NCBI GenBank assembly: GCA_040954595.2
Contig: CM082597.2
Coordinates: forward strand, 3,272,265-3,336,264
Source: Balanoglossus misakiensis
Taxonomy: Eukaryota > Animalia > Hemichordata
Length of the DNA stretch: 64,000 bases
Direction: 5' to 3'
Shown: piece by piece, positions 1 through 12,150 of the stretch
Position numbering within the stretch: the first letter of the stretch is position 1
Layout: each line of letters opens with the position of its first letter
The notes under the pieces: model-generated
What the model saw: only the letters and a program-made list of their open reading frames with translations
What the model was told of the DNA's origin: nothing
Databases searched by the model: none
Position numbers and translations under genes: made by a program

Positions 1-674
1 TTACAATGGGAAACATAGATTGGTCTGTCTGCAACATAAGCACACAAGATTCAACATATCGTGGAGCCTGTGAACAAAGATGCACTGGCTTCCGTTTAAG
101 CAACCAAATATCGCGACATGTCAGTGTATGAGTGTTAGTAGTAGTCTTTATGTTGTGTTTTGCTTGGTGTTCACATTTTGTGCCACTTGTATCATATTGA
201 AGACGGTCAAAAGCCAGAGTTAGCACTGTCTGGTATTAGGCCTAAGTGCCAGTCCAAGAATTAGCATAAAACCAGATCATGACCTCTGGAGGACAGGCTT
301 TCATAATAATGCTGTTCTTAGTGTGTAGGTTGGTTGTTACTTCATACGTGTAACGCAGGCCAAAAACGCCCTCTACATCCAGGTCGTTACTAATAGTGCA
401 TGGTACCTTCAAAGCCCTTTAACCAGTGTTACTTGCTGATGTATTATGACGTCCCGAATTACTTTGTTGGCTGATAATATTTTTGAACGATAGTATTTTA
501 TTCAATTAATGAACGAACACTTATACACATTAATGATTGCAAATGTCTTCAATGAATATGGTGTCAAAACAACCTCTCAAAAGAACACACGATAGCTGAA
601 TTGGTAATTGTCAGAAAGCCAGGGATACCAAAATCTCGTTGCCGCATAGTTTCGTTATCGTATACAACGACACG

Positions 675-2867
675 ATGGCCGCGTCTTCTGATTTGGAACT
701 TTTTCTCAACAAGATTGACGACGACTACGTGTCTTGTTCGGTCTGTCTGGATCGGTACAAGCACCCGAAAATTCTGCCGTGTCTACACACGTTCTGTGAG
801 CAGTGTTTGAGCACCTGGGACTGGGTGGAGAAACACGGCGACCTGAACTGTCCGGTTTGCAAAGCGTCATGTCCAGTCCCCAAAGGCGGAGTGGGCAAAC
901 TGAAAGCCAACAATTTCATGAGCTCGCTGGTTGATTTGGTAGTCCAGCAAAGAAAGTCCTCGTCTCAGGTGATCAAGGACACCTGCGAGACGTGCGAAGA
1001 AAACGCGGTGTCTCACGTCTGCGTGGACTGCTCGCAGTATTTTTGCGAGCAGTGCATCAAGGTACACCGGAAGATCAAAGCGACCCGATCACATCAGGTG
1101 AGAACGTTAGACGAAGCAAAGTCCATCACACCGTCCCTACCAGAACAAACAGTGAATTGTTCGGTTCATCCTGATAGCAAGGTGCAGTTTTACTGTGACA
1201 CTTGTCAAGTGCCTGTTTGCGTAGGGTGCACGGTCGTCGACCACCGAGTTCCAGAGCATGCGCACAGGCATCTGGAAGCAGTAGCCACGGAATACCGAGA
1301 ACAGCTGAGGAACGACATTGAAAATCTGAAAGAGAAAGAAGACGAAACAAAGAGAACTCTTGGCGTGGTAGAGAAATCCCGCGATAGAGTTCAAAAGCAC
1401 TTCCGGCTCGAACTAGAAAAGGTCAACAGTAAAGCAAAGGAAATAATTCAGGGGGTACAAGATAAACAGCAGAGATTGGTTGTTGAATTGCAAAGAGAGT
1501 GCGATGCCAGGGTGAAACAAATTGATATTCGCGCCGACGAATTCCACATCTACCACGGGAATGTCTCCAGTACGAGAAAGTATGCCGAGGTCATGTCGCA
1601 TCTTGGGAACGCCGTGGACTTGTTGTCTGCACGACCAGATACCACTGCCCGCACATCTGATCTCCTGGGAAAGGCAACTTCTTATGAAGAACAGATGGAC
1701 GTGGTGGAATTTGAGGCAAAAACGGACGCCGATTTTGCCAATTTCGGGTGGGTAAAGGCCGATGTGTGCGTCCAAAACTGTCGAATTGAAAACGCACCGA
1801 CAGAGTTGTGGAGAGGCGAATCAGTGCGCGTTGTGATTCGGTCAAGGGACAACACGGGACAGGATGTCATTCCGAGACAAAAACTACTCGGCTCGGTACG
1901 ACAACCGAACGGGGAAGTGAATAATCTTGAATTCGTCGACAATTATGACGGTACACATTCTACCATCATCACTGCGGACAGCAGAGGCACCTATCGTGTT
2001 GAGATGACGATAGACAACCAGGCTATACCCGGAACTCCTTTTGGATTCTCTACGCCCACAGGCCTCGTCAGGACGATAGGTAAACAGGGGAAAGAAGAAG
2101 GACAATTTTCTTCTCCTTGGGGAGTCAAGACGGACAAACACGGCAATTTCGTCGTCGCTGACAGAGACAATAATCGAGTACAAGTATTTGACAAAGACTG
2201 GAACTTCAAGAAAAGTATGACTTTTACTAAATTTAAGACACCATTCCTGCCGCATGACATAGCCTTCTCGAATGACAACTCGTACTTCACTACAGATGCA
2301 GGCAATAATCAGGTAGTTGTCAGTGATGACGATGGGAAGTTTGTGAGATGCTTTGGCGACACAAAGCTGAAAGATCCCATCGGGATTTGCATACATCCCG
2401 TTGATGGCGAAGTCTACGTGTGTAGTAGGGGCTCCGGAACCATCGAAGTGTTCACGACAGGCGGAAGTCACGCAAGAACCCTGGGTAAACAGGGCAAAGG
2501 TTACGTGGCTACCAGAGCACCGTATTTCGTTGCCGTCAGCAGCAGCGGTCTTTTGCATGTGACGGACTGGTCTCAGGGCCGCTTGTTTGCATGCGACATA
2601 TACGGCAAAGTCGCGATGGAGCCCGTGGAGCTGGACTCGGCCCGAGGAGTGAGCATTGCCGGGGACGGACACATGTACATCACCCAGGGTTCTCTGCAGT
2701 TCGCCGTAGTGCAAAAACTGGACGTGCAGGGTCAACTGGTATCGCGGCCAGTCACCGGGAACGACCAATTGAACTGGCCTTCTGGAATCACGTGTACAGA
2801 TGACGACACACAGAGTGTAGTTGTTGCCGACACGTACAACCATTGCATCAAGGTGTTTGTTGAATAA
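675..2867 (+). CDS. Intronless TRIM-NHL E3 ubiquitin ligase (TRIM71/TRIM2/3-like; RING, B-box1, B-box2, coiled coil, filamin, NHL repeats)
   Basis: Single ORF from the first ATG at 675 (MAASSDL). C3HC4 RING (CSVC...LPCLHTFCEQC...CPVC), B-box1 (CETC...CVDCSQYFCEQC..H..H), B-box2 (CSVH...FYCDTC..PVCVGC...H..H), coiled coil, filamin repeat (DNYDGTH...IPGTPF) and NHL repeats (FSSPWGV...VADRDNNRVQVFD; WPSGI...VADTYNHCIKVF). Confidence 0.93.
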   Translation: MAASSDLELFLNKIDDDYVSCSVCLDRYKHPKILPCLHTFCEQCLSTWDWVEKHGDLNCPVCKASCPVPKGGVGKLKANNFMSSLVDLVVQQRKSSSQVIKDTCETCEENAVSHVCVDCSQYFCEQCIKVHRKIKATRSHQVRTLDEAKSITPSLPEQTVNCSVHPDSKVQFYCDTCQVPVCVGCTVVDHRVPEHAHRHLEAVATEYREQLRNDIENLKEKEDETKRTLGVVEKSRDRVQKHFRLELEKVNSKAKEIIQGVQDKQQRLVVELQRECDARVKQIDIRADEFHIYHGNVSSTRKYAEVMSHLGNAVDLLSARPDTTARTSDLLGKATSYEEQMDVVEFEAKTDADFANFGWVKADVCVQNCRIENAPTELWRGESVRVVIRSRDNTGQDVIPRQKLLGSVRQPNGEVNNLEFVDNYDGTHSTIITADSRGTYRVEMTIDNQAIPGTPFGFSTPTGLVRTIGKQGKEEGQFSSPWGVKTDKHGNFVVADRDNNRVQVFDKDWNFKKSMTFTKFKTPFLPHDIAFSNDNSYFTTDAGNNQVVVSDDDGKFVRCFGDTKLKDPIGICIHPVDGEVYVCSRGSGTIEVFTTGGSHARTLGKQGKGYVATRAPYFVAVSSSGLLHVTDWSQGRLFACDIYGKVAMEPVELDSARGVSIAGDGHMYITQGSLQFAVVQKLDVQGQLVSRPVTGNDQLNWPSGITCTDDDTQSVVVADTYNHCIKVFVE

Positions 2868-3359
2868 TTGATACACATGTACTGACAATACACCGGTAAC
2901 TTTTCATTACAATAATAACACTAGATGATTTGCTTTTTGTCTTTGACAAGGTTTTTTTTTCTTTAGGTAAACACGCATTTTCTTGTTTGATATTTTATTT
3001 TACAAACCATTACATCATACAAAAACATTAGAAACTTACTGGGTGACTCAGATGGGAATTAATACCGAATATTTCCTTGATATTTTGTCGTTAAGGTATA
3101 ATACTATAATATTCTGAACCATTTCTAGAACAAAACATTAAGTCATTTATACTGAACCTCTAATTATAACGTGGCACAGTCATATTCTGGTTGAGACATG
3201 TAATTTGAGTCATCGTTTGTTATTAAAGCTAAAGATTGAGAGATTAATCCATGCGTAATTTCTTAAATGCATCATAGTTAGAATAAGCGCCATTGAAAAC
3301 CGTCACACGTCTGTGAATCTTTATCCCTCCTAAAATACATACAAACTTAATTTTGACTT

Positions 3360-6300
3360 TCATACGTTCTCATCGTCATCATCAGGGTTCTCAAAACTTT
3401 CGAACGCGCCCAGGTACTGCTGAAATCTGGGTGTGCGTCGGACCCTGTTGGCCCGTTGCCAAGGTGTTTCTGATGACACAGGGGTCCATGATTCTAACAC
3501 AGCGCCAAAATTGTAGCTAATGCCGTCGTGATCAGAATCACCGATTTCCTCTTCATGATGCAACATTTGGTGGGGTTGTTCGATTGTGATGGGCTGATAT
3601 TCCCGCTGTGGTTCAAGTGCCACGGCCGCATTTGCTGTGTTCTCAACCGGAACTAGTTCTTCAACTTCTTCCATTTCCGGTTCCTCTACCACCATCGGCA
3701 ACAAGACATCCATTCCGTTTGTAGGTTGAGGAACAGTGGGTTGTGTTTCGTGTAAAATATCGTCCGCATTTGCTTGGATTTCAACCTCTGCTTTAATTGT
3801 TGAGGGTGGCGTCGATAGGGGAGTGGAAGTAAGAGGAGGGGAAAGGGCGGAATGCTGTCGCTGTACCAACTGATCGACTACTTCCCGTAACCTTTCAACT
3901 TCGCCCCTCTGACCCTGCATCTCACTCGTCACCTGATCCAGCCTCGTCCCAAGCTCCTCGATCATTTCACCCTGATGTTTCGCCCGCTTCAGCATATCGT
4001 CCTCCAAAAGCTTCAACACGTCGATGTTGATTTTCTCCATCTGGGCCAGTCTGAGTACGAGGCTGTTTAGATGACTGCTCGTCATGGAGAAATTTCGTTC
4101 CATCTTCTGGCCAATTCCAAGTTGTTCATACCTGTAATATGGGTCACATTTTAATACATGGTATTGCGCTTTTAAGTTTCTGTAAACATGGAAGTAGAAA
4201 TGGCAATTGCAGTTTCAACAACGATGTCAGGTTTGGCCATGATCCCTCACCTGAAACTCGACATATCTTGTTTGAACTCCATGAATTCGGCTCTCGATAT
4301 TGTGTCAGCGCCCCCACTCCGTCCGTGTGTTATTTTCTTGTCGGCGAAGTACCTCAGGACCAACTGTGATACAACTCCCTGTCAAGATACATCCGGAAAA
4401 AAAATTATAAACTGAATTCGTTTACCTTTCTAAACCAGAAATTCAATGATTGTCCAATTGCAAGCAGAAATTAAAATTGCACTGTGTGTCTGTCTGTTTG
4501 CTATTGGTTTACCCCGCCCCCTCCAATATAGCTCAACTATGGGTTCAACGAGTCACCACTAACATTTCATATTGCGTTATCCATACCTTATATTGTTCGT
4601 GTTTTTGGAATACCTTTCTTCTTTGTTCCTGCAAAAGTGGTTCACATAAGATATAGTAAAGTCAGGTTTAGTGTTGGTTGTAAAAACTCTATTAACATAC
4701 ATGCACACATTTGTCATCAACCACCAATGAACGTGTACCAGCTGATCACTATTTTTAGTTCTGTCATATGTCTAAGTGGCACTGGCAGTACTTTGTCAAA
4801 TCTTAGACAGTTAGCGAACCAACACATATCGCCCTAGCAATACTTGATACCTACCTCCTTCTTCTTCATAGCGGCTGATCTGTGCGTACAGTAGTAGAGG
4901 GATTTGAACGCCTTCCATATTGACAGAGGACTTGGTATGATATTGAACGGCGGAGGAATTGTGTCGCCCTCGAAGTAGCTCATCCACGTCTCTGAGCGGT
5001 GATACTTCCATTCTGTGTCTTCATTTTTCTGTGATGAAAAGAAAAAATCATCATCATCATCATCATCACAACCACCAACACCCCAATTACCACCATCACC
5101 AACGTCCACAACGTGTCAACACTTGAAAACAACCGTTACATATTTAGAATAAGTTATGTGCATTACTATATGTGCATGTGTACACACAGATCATAATCAG
5201 CATAGAATCTTAGGACCACTCACTTCAATACGACTGTATGTGTTACTCATGATAGCAATCAGGAGATTGAGTAACACCACCACTGCTATGATGTAATACA
5301 TGCCATAGAGAATGGTGACAAACCATTCTGTGGAGGAGTGATTGGCTTTGATTCGCAGGACGTCTGGCTCTAATAGACCAAACAATGACCAGAACAATGT
5401 CTCCATGCTCCTGCTAAGTCTAGAAAAGAAAATTAGACATGTAATATACATGTACTTTAATATAAATTCAAATAAGATCGGGTATTCATGTAATCAAATC
5501 AAATGAAAACTATGCCCTCTATGGGTGAATTTGGTGCGACCGTGACGTCATGGACACCCTAACGCCGCATCCATGAATACTTACGATCCGAAAGGTTGGT
5601 AACTACACTCCTTCACCGTGCCGTCGCCATCTTGGAGGCAGTTTATCTCGTCTGTTGCGGCGTACACCCAGTACACCTGGGATATCCCCAGAGCGAACGC
5701 AATCCACACAAACGTGAAAATGAAGATAAACTTCATGATGTCATAATTCATTTTACTCAGCGAAATCTGAAGCGGACCCACCAGCTCGCTGACCACGATG
5801 ATGCGGAGCACGCGCAGAACGCTCAAGACGCAAGCGAGGGCGAATATGACGTCAGCAAGCAGAGTGGGGTCCCATTGGTCCCAGTCGGCACGTGGCACCG
5901 AATAGGAAATGTCGTCATATCCGTGCAGGGATGGGTCGATCTCGTTTCCCGATTCCATCGGCAAAGTCTTTTCAATGTAATTCGTGAGCAGGTTGGTTAA
6001 GTTTGTAAGCGTGTTCTCCGAGTTACTGGATCCTTCGAAAGATTGCACCAAAGTTGAGATATTGCGGATTATTTGAATCATAATACTGTTGAGTTCCTCT
6101 TGATTCCATTTTTGTAAATGTTGATGTTGATTGTCGATAAATTCGGTGAGATTGAAGAAGTCATGTGATGAGAGGGACCTCTTCACCAATGCTGAAGCCT
6201 GTTCTCTTTCGCTGTTCACCTAAATGATAGAAGGATATGCGGTATCACACATGATACCAACAACAAGGCATTGCACCCAAAAATTCCAGCAGGCGACAAA

Positions 6301-9300
6301 AAGTGAAACCAAAAACGAATGCCTACCATCACCATGGCAGTTATCAACAGCGCCATCCACGCCCAGAACAGTGTCAGTTGAAAGAAGTCGATGACATTGT
6401 ACGGGTTTTTGATGTAAGCATTACATCCCTTCTGATAGATTTCTTTCATTTCTAGCCAAGTCATACCTGAAAGAAAGTGAGTTCGTGATTTGCATATAAT
6501 TTCAGGATATGTGTAGGCGAAATAGTGAAACTGAAATGGGTTATATCAAAGAAAGGAAATCTAATCTCTACAGGACACTGAACATAAGACTAGCTAACTA
6601 AAATTGTTATCTCACCTATCAACCACACACATATCAAATATTGCAATGTGTTAGGCGATGGACCTCGTTGGTTATTTTCTATCGCCTGGTTTGTCAGTTC
6701 GTCGATTCTTTCTTCTGTACCTGAGGGAAGATCTCCAAGGCCGAACGAACCAATAAATGCCATGTCGGACGAGAACAGCAGAAGTAGCAAGAAGGTAAGA
6801 TAGCTGGCTGTGTTTAACAAAAATTTGACATACCTGTAAGGATGAGAAAAAAATGAAAACGGATGTTGTAGCATAATCTTTAAGTGTTGAGTTATAAAGG
6901 TAAAAATGACGTTCTCAGAGTATCCCGTGTTTTGGTGTCAAGATTCAAAATGGCCTCACTGAAATTGCTGTCTTCAAAAGCAGACCAACCAAAAACACCC
7001 GTGCTCAGTTGAAAACGACCAGTCTCGTAAATAATCTTGGTGGGTACAAGCATGTTAACATATTCATCATCCGACGACTACCACAGTTGTACTTACGGAA
7101 TGGTGATGAATTGAGCCAGACGACCAAACGGGAAGAAGACGTAGAGAAGAGAGAGTATTGGGTAGCACAGTCCGATGGCTATTGAGATTGGTATCGTCTG
7201 CAGCATGGATTTGTCCCTCCAGTTTGGCAGACCGTGGTACCAACGCTCGATCAACAACTGCTGGCAGTGAGGGTGTGCTACAAACTGCGATGAAAATAAG
7301 AGAAGGCATGAGTTTCAGTGCTTCCTAATGTGGACCATGTCGAGGCAGATACCCATGTGTGATACACTGGTGTGCCCCATGTGAAGTAAGATTGTACGCT
7401 AATTTTGCGAATCTGGAACTCTGAAGGAAATTTGCATTCTTTCGAGAGCACATGAACGTAAATGTTGGCATAGCAGAAGGTCTCATTACACTAGATAACT
7501 TTTGGGGTCATTGCACTGTATTTACCCGTTTTTGTTCCATCTTCACGGCTTTGAAAACCTGATGCGGAAGATCTACATCTCCATGGCTCGCTTTGTCGTG
7601 CGTCAGAATTGTCGTCAGCTCTTTGGTGCCCCGCGTCTCTCCGAGCAGATCTGCGGCGAACTGTTCACATCTGGCAGACAATTCCAGGTACTCTTGTCTG
7701 AATTCGTAGTCTCTGACGCTCATTTCGATCAGCTTGACGCTCAACTGCAAGAAAGGATAGGTTTGGTTCATTTTTGTGTATTTGTTGGTTCTGGTAGATG
7801 AAGTGCACACCAGATTCACCCTGGGCTTTCGCCGCATCAATCTTAATGGGGCATTTGTTCCATTGTTTGTATTTTCTGACATGCTGTTTGTAACCGACTC
7901 TCCACAGACATGCCACTCTGACCTCAGGAAGCGTAAATCTGTTTAATGGTCCTTTACCTATTGAGTCATACATTGGTTTAAGGAAATTCACACATTCATC
8001 ATTCATCATTGGTAGACAGGTCTTTTAAAAAGCAATGGTAGGAAATGCTTTGCGAGTTTTCACGTGTCGTCCGCTTGTAGTGCCTAAAGCTGTAGTCATG
8101 TCCGTCTGTCTTGGCTCATTCTTAGTGCCTCTCTCTCAGTCTGCGCATGTCAGTCTATGTCAATCTCCCCCCCCCTCTCTCTCTCCTCCTCCTCCTCCTC
8201 CTCTCTCTATCTCTTACTTTGAAAGCTCTATCAATGGGATCGGTAGAGACCAATGATGTGTACGCCTCGCTGGCCAGGGCTCGGTAGGTGTTCAGGGTGC
8301 CAAGTGAGCGTTGCAAGGTGTGTTTCTCTGTTACACGATCACTTGTCTTCTCGGGATCTTCAATGGTGGCGCCATTATGAAGTAGCAACTGAAATTACAG
8401 AAATTCAGTGTGTCGTTCCATAAAAATCGCAGAGATTACTACAGAAGATTGGAGAGTTCTTGCGAGGCAATCAAACAGGTGGTTATGTATAGCATAGTAC
8501 TCTTGGACATATTAGGGGGATATGGCCAGGAGCTAAAATATGCCAGAATTCTAACTACATGTATATATCACAAGGTTTGGAGAACATATTCCAAAATGTC
8601 CACAACATTAGTGATTTTTTAAACCTCAGTGTATTCAATTCATGTGCACAAACCTTGATGATGTCATAGTTGTTGTGGTGAGCTGCAAGAATGATCGGCG
8701 TGATATCAGGATGGAAATCTTCATTTTCTGACCGGCAGTTGATAACGTTGATTGAACGACCCTGGTGAAGACAAAGTTTAACACAGTCGTTTAATAAATG
8801 TTGTTGGACACCTCAATTCCTTACTAAACACATGGTTGTGTTAGTGTGAGTGGCAAAACTGATGATTATAAGTGACTAAATTATTGGCAGACGACAAAAT
8901 GTGCTTCCTTTTTTTTGATGGGATTGACTTGCCTTATATGACTGTGAGTATTCACACAGCAGTTGCACACCACGAAAAAATTGTACGTCGACAGCACGTA
9001 GAAGAGCGTCCCCAACGTGCACACCCAGGTGGAGTAAACATGTCATTGCCTCTGTGGAGAAAAGTGACAATTAACAGTGTGAAATGTTGCCATTTAGTAT
9101 GCATATGAGCTGATAATTTGCATGTCATTAACATAAACAGTTCAACATACCTATGTGCCCATTTTGCATGGCCAGTATCAAAGATGACCGTCCCTTCCTG
9201 TCCACACAGTCGATGTCTATGGAGTCTGTGTCCACCACATATTCCAGCGTCTGTGTGTCTCCACGTTCGGCTGCAGTCAGATACAGCTTCTCAAGATCTT

Positions 9301-10187
9301 CCTCCTCTCCAAATATTCTCTGAGCTGTCAATCAACAACACATGTAAAAATAGCCAGTAAGAAACACTGAATCGTGTTTGAGTCTTATTCGTTTGGTGAC
9401 CACAAAATACTCTTCCCAGGGGAACACATCAAGCGTGTGGTACTTACAGGTAGAGTCGAAATCAAAGTGCGGTTCGTGCTGATGTACGCCCATTCTAAGA
9501 GGGTCGTCTCGGCGAAGGGAACAACATCGCCGTTCGCTGCGATATCACCGTCGCTGGAATGTTTTGAGTCGGGTCGCCCTGTGGCCGAGTACGTACACCA
9601 ACGATTGTGTCCCCACGGGAGATTTGTTTAGAGCCTGAATCGGGGTCACGCCCCACCCATATGAAGGCGTTTTGGATATTACCCACAATGATATTGTGAA
9701 CACACAGGGAATCCTTTTAATCGTTTCGGCTCTGCGCAATGAGAGTTCTTTCAAACCGTACAGATGCGTGTGATTCCTTATAATAATGTGACGCCGCGAC
9801 CTGTTGCGTTTGTGTGTCTGTGAGTCCATTGTATCTGCGAGTCGTAAAACGCATTGTGCTATCAGAGTGCTCGGTTGGTGTGTACGGCGGGTCTCGTTCA
9901 ACCACCGTCCCTCCACGCGAGGGACCGTGGTTAAAAATAACGAAACCTTGCCACCTGAACGCAGCTGTAGGTGTGGAGTTTTTGAGGAGTTTCAAACCAA
10001 CCTGGCTGATGTATATCAACGAAACTACAAGACCAGCCAGCAGAGAATGTAAAGACGTCTGTCGGTCATGAAAATAGCAAATTGACTTACGCTCTTTACG
10101 AGTTCTTTGATTCTCCTTTTGATTAGACACGTTGCCTTTGCTCTTCTTGGATTTAGACTTCTGGTGGCCGTTTCTTAGCTTCCACAT
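3360..10187 (-). CDS. TRPC-family cation channel, about 15 coding exons, with two alternative first coding exons
   Basis: Hand-spliced exons (approx.): 10187-10091 or 9493-9448; 9324-9151; 9051-8933; 8761-8654; 8387-8217; 7744-7525; 7283-7097; 6833-6616; 6466-6326; 6219-5585; 5418-5224; 5027-4855; 4628-4587; 4378-4251; 4131-3360. Ankyrin repeats ([27 protein letters not shown]), YRALAS...[16 protein letters not shown]4-S5 linker, LFWSLFGL pore helix, [14 protein letters not shown]6, TRP domain EWKYHR...WMSYF...PPPFNIIP, and the [10 protein letters not shown] coiled coil. Confidence 0.93.
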
Positions 10188-11952
10188 CACAGATTTATCG
10201 ATGTACCTTATTCACGCGAATTCTTGTTTCTGTTCTTTGCGGCTGTGTACACCCGGGTTGTCTTATGTCTGTCCGTTCACTGCCTGGGCCCTCAGTAGGC
10301 TGTGAGCACGGGAACCAGCATGGCAGTGTGTGTCAAAGCAAATCTGTGGGAGAAAAGGGGGGAAATTGGCGAATCCAGATTGTGAAAATGCCAACATTAT
10401 TGTCAGGTTCACCCATATCAAATAATCCAACACTGAGGCAGGAAACATTCTTGCATTCTTGACGCATTCTTAATGTCAATAGACTTGGTTGACTTGGTCG
10501 ATTACTGATCGTTTTCTAAAATATACACTGTTTGTTTTGTCTGGGTTTAGGCTGAATGAACGAAGTACAGTATAGTTAAAACCCAAGTCAATACGCGCAG
10601 ATCGACTTGGAGCAAGTCTAGCCACCACCATCAAGAAACGATCAAGATTCACAGGCCGCAACTTGAAACACAACGTTGGGTACCCGTAAGCATGTCGAGA
10701 GATTGTTTGATGCGAGATCGGTCTCACTGCCTGACCCTCCCGTCATCATTTCAACGTCCTTCTGACTGAGTAGCTCCACGCTCTCTCGAGCGGTTACGCT
10801 AGAGCGCCCGTCTGCAGGAACGGAATTCGCCCGAAGAGGGGAACGGGCTCGTTGAGTACGCCCACTCGAGGCAGCGAGAATTGTGAATCGGCAACCAAGC
10901 ATGGAAATGCTACTTGTTAGCCACAGTGCACGGCTGGTCATTTAGGACGGGGTACTGTTTACAACAATAAAATTATAGACTACATCTTGCTATGCGGTGT
11001 GATTCATAGTCCTGTCGATGTATGGAATTGGTTATGGGGGAGATTAACATTGTAACGTACAAAAAACAAAAATGCCTGATAAACATGGAGTAATTTATTG
11101 GGAAAAATGTTAAAGTACGCCCCAGTAGCATTAAACGTAGAGTATCTATAATTAAGAGACTATCTTGGAACTTGTAGTAAAATATGTCGCGGATTCGTTC
11201 GTTAGTTTTGACTGGTCGAGGCCATGGGTCAAACACTTCATGCATTTAGACCTGTTGTTTGCTGTGGATGTTGACACAGATGTTGATATTTGCTTTTTTG
11301 CGATGTCGACGCTAGCTTTTGACACTCGGCTCAGTGTGTCTTGCTTTCCCTACAAATGGTGCCACTTATCATGTCTGGCAAAAATATCAGTGCCCAGAAA
11401 TTTTCAGTTCGTAACTAAAGTTATGAATCCTGGATTCGACCTTGCGCGTCAATTGTAATTTGCCTATACAGACTCGCTCTGTTCAAACTTTACAAAGTAA
11501 ACTAGCTTAATTGAAAGTGTTTTCTTGTGTGTGGTTTATGTAATGTTCACATTCGTCTCGGGTGATGCATGGGTAAATATAATGTAAACACACACAATTA
11601 AGCGCAGAATAAGTATTTGAATAAACAGGCGTGCCGAAAGAAAGTGGTTCTCTTCTTTGATGGAAGGAGATTTGAAAACGCCAACTTATACAGTCATTGC
11701 GGGTTGAAATTCCTTGATCTTTTTTGAGAAGCAAAATGGAATGATAATGAGAAATTCTCAGTTGCGCAGTTAAGAAAAAAACAGTGTAATTCTTTAGTGC
11801 TAGGAACATGCCCACACTAGCAGACAACTTTTGGAATATATGTAGCTACAAACTAGCTGCAATGATTGTAGCAGGTGCTGCTATAGATAGACGGGTGTTG
11901 GCTGCGAACACCAGTAAACCTAGCGTCAAATCTCACGCCAGTCTTCGCTTAC

Positions 11953-12150
11953 CTGACCGATCCAACGTCCTCGTCCTCTTATGTGACCAGGCAACGCTCA
12001 GTGTATCGAACAAATCGCCAGAAACACTGAAGCCCGAATGCCGCTGTCTAAATGACTGCCAAATAATTGAAAAGTGTCCGTTGTTGAAAAGGTGCAGTGG
12101 CGTGTGATTGTTCTGGCTGATAGTGAGGAGACGGTTCGCTTTGGTCTACA
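11953..12150 (-). other. Probable non-coding 5' exon of the TRPC gene (upper boundary uncertain)
   Basis: Strong minus-strand donor TCAG|GTAAGC at 11953/11952. A matching strong acceptor CCCCCCTTTTCTCCCACAG| at 10344 opens the exon holding the ATG at 10187. Confidence 0.45.

Noticed and set aside
639-674. ORF-track start of the TRIM gene at 639
   Set aside because: It is a TTG codon; in this eukaryotic context the first ATG at 675 is the plausible start.
1884-2888. 334-aa minus-strand ORF
   Set aside because: Antisense shadow of the TRIM CDS with no recognisable motifs.
3360-4103. 247-aa ORF as a stand-alone gene
   Set aside because: It is the last TRPC exon; the acceptor at 4131 joins KQDMSSFR to YEQLG in frame.
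10740-10960. GC-rich stretch considered as a structured ncRNA or ribozyme
   Set aside because: No tRNA, hammerhead or HDV-like core could be assembled by eye; an Rfam covariance search would be needed.
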